64,000 nt of DNA from Candidatus Cloacimonadota bacterium (GTDB taxonomy: Bacteria > Muiribacteriota > UBA6191): NCBI GenBank assembly GCA_019454875.1, contig JACFNL010000001.1, positions 83,648-147,647 on the forward strand. Reading direction: 5' to 3'. Positions within the stretch are counted from its first letter, which is position 1. Every line of letters starts with the position of its first letter. Positions 57,604 to 64,000 of this stretch are shown here, piece after piece. The notes under the pieces were generated by a model. It did not search any database, was not told the origin of the DNA, and saw nothing but the letters and a program-made list of their open reading frames with translations. Made by a program: the position numbers and the translations under genes.

Positions 57604-58593
57604 TCATAGAAGAACGCGAAACTGAGCCTGTGAACCAATACGGATTTCTTCCACATCAGCCAAAAACCCCTTGGAAATCAAAGAATCCCGTAATGTAACG
57701 GCATTCTGCCTGCTTAGAAACGACCCAACCTGAATCGTGAAGGGTCTTTGTTTTGCAATACGGCGAAAGTCAGAAACGGCAACCTCCGGCTCCACAGGGG
57801 CAATGGGAGTGGCCCTGCCTAACATTCTTCTTGACTGCAACTGTAAGGAAGAAACCTCCTGAGCCGACAAAATCCTCAGCTTAAGATTGTTATTCAGACC
57901 TTCCAGCCTCTCCTTGACTAAACGAATCTCTGAATCAGAAGCAGGCATACCAAACATCACCTGATACCCACCCTCAGCAGGCAGAAATTCAAACTCCGGT
58001 TCAATATTTCCATACTTTAGTTCTTTAAGTAGAGAAAACGCAGCCCTCATGGACGGAAACCTTTGCTCAATCTGAATCCATTTCACCAGAATTTGAGGAA
58101 CTTCTACATTTTTGATAACCGGTCTGATCTCCGGTGCTACTGCAAGTGGCTGAGACACAACCACAGATTTGGGTGTAACCTGAGCCGTAGACTGCAAGGG
58201 ATTCACAAACTCGGTCTGAACCTTCGTGGATGAAGCCAGTTCACGGAAAAAGTCATCCACACCGTCCTGGCTGGAAACTGGTTTCACTTCCACCTTGACT
58301 GGTTCAACCGGACTTTGGGGAACATCAACCTGAACTACTGGGGTCACTGGAGCAAGAACAGGTCTTGATTCCACTATAAATGGCTGATCCATTTCCTCAG
58401 GAACAGAATCCTCAATTGATTGAGTGACTACAACACCGGGAGATTTTCGTAAAAAACTCTCAAAAGTGAACACAATCACATAGAACAAAAGACTGGCAAT
58501 AATTAGCCAAGCTATCAAGGAAATCATTTTGTCCTGTTTCGGGGACTGAAAACTATCGATTGGTTCTTCCATATTCACAGGACAAGATAACAA
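57604..58593 (-). CDS. Membrane-anchored SPOR-domain protein
   Basis: N-terminal TM, Pro/Val-rich linker. C-terminal FTIQVGSFLSRQNAVTLRDSLISKGFLADVEE...AQFRVLL fits the SPOR consensus (FxVQVGSF..NA..L...L...G...YRV). Confidence 0.45.
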   Translation of the reverse strand: MLSCPVNMEEPIDSFQSPKQDKMISLIAWLIIASLLFYVIVFTFESFLRKSPGVVVTQSIEDSVPEEMDQPFIVESRPVLAPVTPVVQVDVPQSPVEPVKVEVKPVSSQDGVDDFFRELASSTKVQTEFVNPLQSTAQVTPKSVVVSQPLAVAPEIRPVIKNVEVPQILVKWIQIEQRFPSMRAAFSLLKELKYGNIEPEFEFLPAEGGYQVMFGMPASDSEIRLVKERLEGLNNNLKLRILSAQEVSSLQLQSRRMLGRATPIAPVEPEVAVSDFRRIAKQRPFTIQVGSFLSRQNAVTLRDSLISKGFLADVEEIRIGSQAQFRVLL

Positions 58594-58617
58594 ACATCTG
58601 CAAACTTTGCCAAAAAA

Positions 58618-59274
58618 TCAAGTGCCTGATTGAATAAAGTCTGGAACATCTGTTACAGCTGGCTGTTGAAGCATTTCCACAATTCTGGTTCTAGTGTCGG
58701 GAGGAAGTTCCTCAAGAATAGCACCCAGACTCTTGGGCTTTAGTCTCTTTAATACATCTTTTGATAATTCTACACTCAAATCTCTAAGAATATCAGCCGC
58801 TGCCTTTGGCTCCATTTTGGAATACATTGCTGCAAGATTATCTAAGCGAGATTGAAACTCGGCATCCTCCCGACTTTTTCTTTCGGCCTCATATTTAGCC
58901 ACTTTGTCGGCATAGTCCGTTTTTTCCCTGGAAAAAGACAGCTTCTCTTCTTCAAGAACACGAAACAGGGATTCTAGCTTCTGCTTCTCATCCAGAAGTT
59001 TCATGGACTCTACCTTCATTTTTTTCAAAAGCTCCTCTACATATTTTTCTTTATCTTCCAAAAGGATCATTCTCTGATCTTTAGGGGCTTTGGAGCTGAT
59101 CTCGGCCGCTGCAATATACTGGGCAACCACAGGTCGATTAGCAATCGCCTTGGGAATATACTGTCTCAGATTCATAAAACCCGTATAATCCAGAAACCCT
59201 GTAATGATTAGAGACAAAGCCACTATAAAACCAACCAGAAATAAAACCAGGGCCTTTTCCAATATTCGTGTCAT
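58618..59274 (-). CDS. Flagellar-operon MgtE_N-like protein (YlxF/FlbB-like)
   Basis: N-terminal TM, coiled coil, C-terminal ILRDLSVELSKDVLKRLKPKSLGAILEEL MgtE_N-like helices. Sits downstream of fliJ, as ylxF does in Bacillus. Confidence 0.35.
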   Translation of the reverse strand: MTRILEKALVLFLVGFIVALSLIITGFLDYTGFMNLRQYIPKAIANRPVVAQYIAAAEISSKAPKDQRMILLEDKEKYVEELLKKMKVESMKLLDEKQKLESLFRVLEEEKLSFSREKTDYADKVAKYEAERKSREDAEFQSRLDNLAAMYSKMEPKAAADILRDLSVELSKDVLKRLKPKSLGAILEELPPDTRTRIVEMLQQPAVTDVPDFIQSGT

Positions 59275-59732
59275 GGCTGCTCCATTTTTTCTTTACGAGA
59301 TGGGTTTGCACGAATCACATTCAAGTCATCAAGAAACTTCTGTTCGTGCTGCAATCTCTCTTTATCATACTCACCCTGAGCCGTTTCCAGAAGCTTCAGG
59401 TAGGTTTTGTGTTCTTTTCTGGCTGTCTGGTACAAACCCCGACGGCGTTTTAACTCTTTGTAAATATCCTGAAGCTTCAATTCCTGAGTAGTAATTTTAA
59501 AGTCAATTCCAATCTCAAAATTCCGACTCAAATCCATCATCACAAAATTCATCTGCCGCGTGAAATCCATTCTCCTTAAAAGAATCCTGTGTTTTTCATC
59601 CTGCAAATCTTTTAACACCTTCTGAGCCTTATGTAAGGCCTGCTCCTGCTCATAAACAAGCTTTTCAGCTTCCTTCAGTTTATGCTCCTTCAGATTAAGA
59701 ACTGACTGTAATCGAAATGAAAACTTCTGCAT
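59271..59732 (-). CDS. fliJ: Flagellar export chaperone FliJ
   Basis: 153-aa coiled-coil protein immediately after fliI. Start overlaps (ATGA). Confidence 0.5.
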   Translation of the reverse strand: MQKFSFRLQSVLNLKEHKLKEAEKLVYEQEQALHKAQKVLKDLQDEKHRILLRRMDFTRQMNFVMMDLSRNFEIGIDFKITTQELKLQDIYKELKRRRGLYQTARKEHKTYLKLLETAQGEYDKERLQHEQKFLDDLNVIRANPSRKEKMEQP

Positions 59733-59734
59733 GT

Positions 59735-61045
59735 CTACTGGACTATCCTGGCCATGCGAGTCAATACTTCTTCCAATGGAACTTTTTCTTCAGTACTCTG
59801 TCTTAAAAATGCCTGAATCATTTCATGCTTACTAATGGCTCTGTCAATCCTTGGATTTGAGCCACTCTGATAAGCCCCGATATCTATCAGATCTTTGGCC
59901 TGCCTGTAGACAGACAAAATCTCTCTTAAAGCCACCTGATGCTTTTTATGGGAATCACTTGCAATCTCATTGATAAGCCTGGAAACTGATGCCAGCACAT
60001 CAATAGCTGGAAAATGTCCTAACTGGGCCATTTCACGGCTCATGACAATATGGCCGTCCAGAAGTCCCCGCACTGCATCGGCCACAGGTTCGTCCAGATC
60101 ACCACCCTCAACAAGTACGGTATAAAATCCGGTAATTGTGCCAAGTGGAGCTGGACCTGCCCTCTCAAACAGGCGAGGCAACATGGCAAATACGGAAGGA
60201 GTATAACCTCTTGTAGTTGGAGGTTCACCGACAGCCAGACCAATCTCCCTTTGAGCCAGGGCAAATCTGGTCACGGAATCCATCATTAACATGACATCTT
60301 TGCCCTGATCACGAAAGTACTCAGCAATAGCCGTGGCAACATAGGCCCCTTTTAATCGAACAACAGCCGGTTCTGAGGATGTAGCCACAACCACAACCGA
60401 ACGGGCCAGCCCCTCTTCTCCCAAGGCTGTTTCAATAAACTCTCGAACCTCCCGTCCCCTCTCACCGATCAGGGCGATGACATTCACATCTGCCTGTGTG
60501 TTTCTGGCAATCATACCCATTAGAGTAGACTTTCCTACACCAGAACCTGCAAACACCCCAATTCTCTGACCTTTACCACAGGATATACAGGAGTCAATAG
60601 AACGGATGCCCAAAGGTAGCATTTCCTGAATTCTGGGGCGAGAAATCGGATCCGGTGGCTCACAATCAATTTCCCTGACCTCGGATGAGTCCAAAGGCCC
60701 TAATTTATCCAATGGATTGCCCAAAGGATCAATAACTCTGCCAAGCATTCCATTGCCTACCCGTGCCATCAGGCCCCGACCCATGGAAATGACCTTGGCA
60801 CCAGGAGAAATTCCCTGCATTGAACCATAGGGCATCAACTCCACGACTTCGGATCGAAAGCCAACCACCTCGGCCAGAATATTATCATTGCCACGGGACT
60901 GAACCATACAGACTTCGCCTAAAGCCACTTCAGGGCCTATGGCCTCGATTTTAAGGCCAGTGATTCCCTTGACCTTACCGACACCACGAACCACCCGGGC
61001 AGCCTCAATGCGTTTAGCCCAGGATTCCCAGGCCAGTTCAATCAT
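59735..61045 (-). CDS. fliI: Flagellum-specific ATP synthase FliI
   Basis: Walker A GSGVGKST. F1-beta/YscN-like throughout. 436 aa. Confidence 0.9.
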   Translation of the reverse strand: MIELAWESWAKRIEAARVVRGVGKVKGITGLKIEAIGPEVALGEVCMVQSRGNDNILAEVVGFRSEVVELMPYGSMQGISPGAKVISMGRGLMARVGNGMLGRVIDPLGNPLDKLGPLDSSEVREIDCEPPDPISRPRIQEMLPLGIRSIDSCISCGKGQRIGVFAGSGVGKSTLMGMIARNTQADVNVIALIGERGREVREFIETALGEEGLARSVVVVATSSEPAVVRLKGAYVATAIAEYFRDQGKDVMLMMDSVTRFALAQREIGLAVGEPPTTRGYTPSVFAMLPRLFERAGPAPLGTITGFYTVLVEGGDLDEPVADAVRGLLDGHIVMSREMAQLGHFPAIDVLASVSRLINEIASDSHKKHQVALREILSVYRQAKDLIDIGAYQSGSNPRIDRAISKHEMIQAFLRQSTEEKVPLEEVLTRMARIVQ

Positions 61046-61856
61046 GTCTTAGCTCCTGATTTAAAAGTGCCATCTGAGTCTCAATGGTGGCATCCACACT
61101 GCCAAGCTCACTTTCGATCAGGCAGCCCCCCGGCTGAATGGAAGCATCCTTAAGAAGTTCTACCTGGGTTGTGGCTGTAAAGTGCTTGCGAAACTCGGCC
61201 TCCATGACCATCAATGTGTCATAGTCCTGTTCTGAAACCACAACCTTGAGTTTTTTGGCCCGCGATAATTCCTTAAGACCTTTATCGAGATTGTTTAACA
61301 CAACTTCTATCAGATTATCTGAGAGGGCACCGACCACCTTTTCGATGAAAGTTTTCACGAATAATAAAATACCCGGCAACTGCTCCTGATAAATCCTGTC
61401 GCTCTGAGCTTCAATCCCCGCGAGAACTTCAGCTAGACTGTCTACCATCTTCTGAAAGCGGGCCATTCCTTCCTGGTATCCTGCTTCATAACCGAGTTCG
61501 CGACTCTGTGCCTCAGCACTCTCTTTACTGGCCTCAAGAACTTCCGTTTTTGCCTGTAAATCTTCAAGCTTTTTTTGGTACTCCGTCTCTAAAGCCTGCT
61601 TTTGCTCAGAAATCTCTCTTTCTTTTTCCTTGATGAAATTACGGGCCTGATTGCGAGCATCATCCAGGATCTTCTGAGACTGCATACGGGCCTCGTCCAT
61701 GGCCTTGGAAGCCTCAGCTTCAGCCTCGCGGACCTCTGCCTCAACCCGTTCCATTTCCCGCTGCCGCAGCTTCTCAGAAGCCACCCGGATATTCTCTTCA
61801 ACCTGCCACTCATCCCGAATGGAGCGAATAGCCAATATCAGCTCAGATTCCTGCAT
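61038..61856 (-). CDS. fliH: Flagellar assembly protein FliH
   Basis: E/K/A-rich N-terminal coiled coil. C-terminal IQPGGCLIESELGSVDATIETQM is a FliH/YscL-type motif. Overlaps the fliI start. Confidence 0.65.
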   Translation of the reverse strand: MQESELILAIRSIRDEWQVEENIRVASEKLRQREMERVEAEVREAEAEASKAMDEARMQSQKILDDARNQARNFIKEKEREISEQKQALETEYQKKLEDLQAKTEVLEASKESAEAQSRELGYEAGYQEGMARFQKMVDSLAEVLAGIEAQSDRIYQEQLPGILLFVKTFIEKVVGALSDNLIEVVLNNLDKGLKELSRAKKLKVVVSEQDYDTLMVMEAEFRKHFTATTQVELLKDASIQPGGCLIESELGSVDATIETQMALLNQELRHD

Positions 61857-61867
61857 ACACTCCTGTT

Positions 61868-63427
61868 TTAATAGTAGTTCTCATCAAACATCAGTGTACG
61901 GATAATTTTAACCAGCTGCTCCGGATCTTCGCGAGCCATTTCCATAAGAAATCGTTCTCGCTCATTTTTCTCTCGTTGTTCCATAGTAAGGACATCTTCC
62001 TTGTTCTGGCTTTGTTCCTCAATGGCCTCCTGAGCCTTCCGTAGCAATTGCTGTCTGTAAGCCCTTCTTTTACTCAGAATGCGCCGGCCAAGCATAAACA
62101 TGGTTGCCATCATGGCGCAGAAAACCCCGGTCGCAAACACTGAGGACTGAAATGACCTTATATCGGACTCATTTTTCTGTTCCCGTTCAAAACGCAGCTT
62201 ATTGAAGGTAAATGCTGTGACCGAAATTTTATCTGCCCGGTTTTTCAGATCAAGCCCCGTTGCGGAAGCCACCAAATCGGAAACCCCCTGGCGGATTTCA
62301 TCCGACAGAGTCATTTCAGGCAGGGCATCCAGATTGATTACCACCATGACTGACATACGGCGAATCTGGCCAGTGGCTCTCTTTACAGTTCTTTGTTTCT
62401 GTTTGTAGGCATAATTGATTCTCTGTTCCCTGGATTTTGAAGCTGACAATGTGTTTTCTGGGGCCTGATAACCAGGAATATTGGTCTGAGTTCCGGGAAC
62501 CGCTTTGGGATCGGTGGTACGAGACTCGGTTTCCCGAAGCTCCTCACTGATTTTAACCCCCTGCTCCTCTCCATCAACCGGGGGAGCAAGCTCCTTGCTT
62601 TCCTCATCTACCGAGTCAAAATCAAGCTCCAGGGTCACTGCAACATTGACATTTTTTTCCCCATAGATCTCAGACAAGGCCGAAACGGCCTTGCGGGTTA
62701 ATTCTCTTTCTTTTCTGATTGTAAGCTCAGACTGATCAAGCTTTTTATCCTTCTCCTTGACCAGTCCTAAAAGGTCCCCACCTTTATCATCTGTGATAAA
62801 AACATTTTCCTTTTTAAGCCCACTGATAGCATTCGTCACCAGATTGAGAATCGTCTGAACCTGAGAGGCAGGAATTGGCTCCAGTGGATTGCTGGGAGTA
62901 ACCAGAACAGATACTCTTGTTTCTTTCTGGTCCTGAACAAACAGGGAGTCCTTGGCCTTGTCGATATGTACCTGGGCATGGGAAATATTGCGAAAAAGCA
63001 TGATGGTTTTGGCAATCGATCCTTCACGGGACCGATTGATTCTGACATCAAGCTCCTTCTCAGTCAGTCCAAATGACTGATTTTCATCAAGAATTTCACG
63101 ATAGGACAAAACGGCATCGGGCAGGGAATTGGCTTCAGCCAGGGCTAAATGAGCAGACTCCCTCATCGAACGGGGAACCAGAACCACATGGCCCCCATCT
63201 GAAGAACGGGCAGGAATATTAAGTTCTTTCAGTTTACTTTCAACAGCCAGTGCCTCGCGCCGATCACGGATGTAATCAAACAGCGGGACATAGTCTTCAC
63301 GAGAGTAAAATGCCGCTAGCATGGCAATGACAATCAGGACTCCAAAAAACGACCCGACCGTTACCAGCCTCTGGGTCCTGGAGAGCTTGTCCCATGTTGC
63401 CCTTAAGTTACTTAAAAAATCATTCAC
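61868..63427 (-). CDS. fliF: Flagellar MS-ring protein FliF
   Basis: 519 aa. N-terminal TM, periplasmic ring-building domains, C-terminal TM and cytoplasmic tail. Confidence 0.85.
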   Translation of the reverse strand: MNDFLSNLRATWDKLSRTQRLVTVGSFFGVLIVIAMLAAFYSREDYVPLFDYIRDRREALAVESKLKELNIPARSSDGGHVVLVPRSMRESAHLALAEANSLPDAVLSYREILDENQSFGLTEKELDVRINRSREGSIAKTIMLFRNISHAQVHIDKAKDSLFVQDQKETRVSVLVTPSNPLEPIPASQVQTILNLVTNAISGLKKENVFITDDKGGDLLGLVKEKDKKLDQSELTIRKERELTRKAVSALSEIYGEKNVNVAVTLELDFDSVDEESKELAPPVDGEEQGVKISEELRETESRTTDPKAVPGTQTNIPGYQAPENTLSASKSREQRINYAYKQKQRTVKRATGQIRRMSVMVVINLDALPEMTLSDEIRQGVSDLVASATGLDLKNRADKISVTAFTFNKLRFEREQKNESDIRSFQSSVFATGVFCAMMATMFMLGRRILSKRRAYRQQLLRKAQEAIEEQSQNKEDVLTMEQREKNERERFLMEMAREDPEQLVKIIRTLMFDENYY

Positions 63428-63447
63428 ACCTGGCCCCTATCCGTGAA

Positions 63448-63762
63448 TTATAGTCTGGTTTGTGAAACTTCTCTGTAAATTTCCAGCACCTTTTTACGCA
63501 TGGTGTTGGCCGTCTTTAATGCTAATCCTGATTTTTCAGAAGAAATCATAAGATCATGTACATTTTCCAGTTCCCCCATGGCGAACTGCTCTGATAAACG
63601 GCGGGTTTCCAGCTGTAAATCATTTACATGACTCATGTTTTCCTTGAGATAATCACCAAATGACTTCTGTAGTGCCCCGGTAGTACTGGCAGGTACAACA
63701 ACCTGCTTCTGCTCCATGGAGTTGATCATGGTCTCATTCATTTTAAAAAAATCGATTTGCAT
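63448..63762 (-). CDS. fliE: Flagellar hook-basal body protein FliE
   Basis: 104 aa. C-terminal MRKKVLEIYREVSQTRL resembles the FliE VRNKLVSAYQEIM end. Confidence 0.65.
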   Translation of the reverse strand: MQIDFFKMNETMINSMEQKQVVVPASTTGALQKSFGDYLKENMSHVNDLQLETRRLSEQFAMGELENVHDLMISSEKSGLALKTANTMRKKVLEIYREVSQTRL

Positions 63763-63772
63763 GATTTAACTC

Positions 63773-64000
63773 CTAGCCCTGACCAATCTGTAAAGCGGTA
63801 CTAAAAAACTGCTTGGATGTATTCATGGCAGTCACATTGGCTTCATAAGCCCTGGATGCCGTAATCATGTCCACCATTTCTTTCACGATGTTGACATTTG
63901 GCATGTGAACATAACCCTTGTCGTCAGCATGAGGATGCTCCGGGTCATAAACCATTTTTAATTCTGAGGAGTCTTCCATAATTTCGGTTACCCTGACCCC
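63773..64000 (-). CDS. flgC: Flagellar basal-body rod protein FlgC (3' part; gene runs past the window edge)
   Basis: C-terminal MITASRAYEANVTAMNTSKQFFSTALQIGQG is the FlgC rod-protein end. The frame stays open to position 64000. Confidence 0.65.
   Translation of the reverse strand, partial: GVRVTEIMEDSSELKMVYDPEHPHADDKGYVHMPNVNIVKEMVDMITASRAYEANVTAMNTSKQFFSTALQIGQG

Noticed and set aside
61038-61856. Considered calling the gene after fliF fliG, as canonical order predicts
   Set aside because: At 272 aa it is too short. The E/K-rich coiled-coil N-terminus and the GGCxxESxxGxVDAT C-terminus are FliH features, and no FliG C-terminal torque-helix motif is seen.
1-64000. CRISPR arrays, tRNA/rRNA genes, IS elements, integrases, phage genes
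   Set aside because: No spaced direct repeats, no cloverleaf-compatible intergenic segment (intergenic spaces are all under 160 nt), no transposase- or integrase-like ORFs. The window looks like core chromosome.

Overview
Gene-dense bacterial chromosomal segment of about 64 kb. GC looks mid-40s % by eye (not computed). About 80% of genes are on the minus strand in long, tightly spaced co-directional arrays, with no rRNA, tRNA, CRISPR or obvious mobile element. Main blocks, by coordinate: (1) 29-22475, one minus-strand block: lipoprotein with a carboxypeptidase-regulatory-like domain > FadL-like outer-membrane barrel > NHL-propeller/TPR protein > type IVa pilus core pilB-pilT-pilC-pilA > intrinsic terminator > two tandem paralogous giant secreted proteins (2288 and ~2374 aa) whose C-termini match the type IX secretion (T9SS) C-terminal sorting domain (YPNP ... 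GVYF(Y)RL ... KFA(V/I)LR). (2) Housekeeping genes: recJ, MiaB-like radical-SAM methylthiotransferase, an MTHFR-like gene coupled to an orphan FtsX-like permease, maf, rpsT, tgt, pheT (no pheS adjacent). (3) A secreted Gly/Tyr-rich repeat protein built on 15- and 30-bp in-frame tandem repeats. (4) A 14-kb minus-strand array: xdhA-xdhB-xdhC > unknown secreted protein > TPR > HIT > accB-like > accC > TPR > YcgR-like PilZ > CBM48-esterase > TPR, with several stop/start overlaps. The BCCP homologue has Asn in place of the biotinylated Lys (AMNIM, not AMKM). (5) A FecR-domain protein with a long Ala/Lys/Glu low-complexity tract; hemX(ccsA-like)-hemA. (6) Flagellar cluster flgC-fliE-fliF-fliH-fliI-fliJ, an MgtE_N-like protein and a SPOR-domain protein; fliG is missing between fliF and fliH. 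T9SS-type sorting domains, type IV pili, flagella and visible Shine-Dalgarno use together suggest a non-Bacteroidia member of the FCB superphylum or a related candidate lineage (inference only). The most interesting candidate is the type IV pilus operon that continues, through a terminator/attenuator, into two giant T9SS-cargo adhesin-like paralogs. This coupling of two surface machineries has not been described, to my knowledge. All domain calls rest on motif recognition by eye; no HMM or database search was run.
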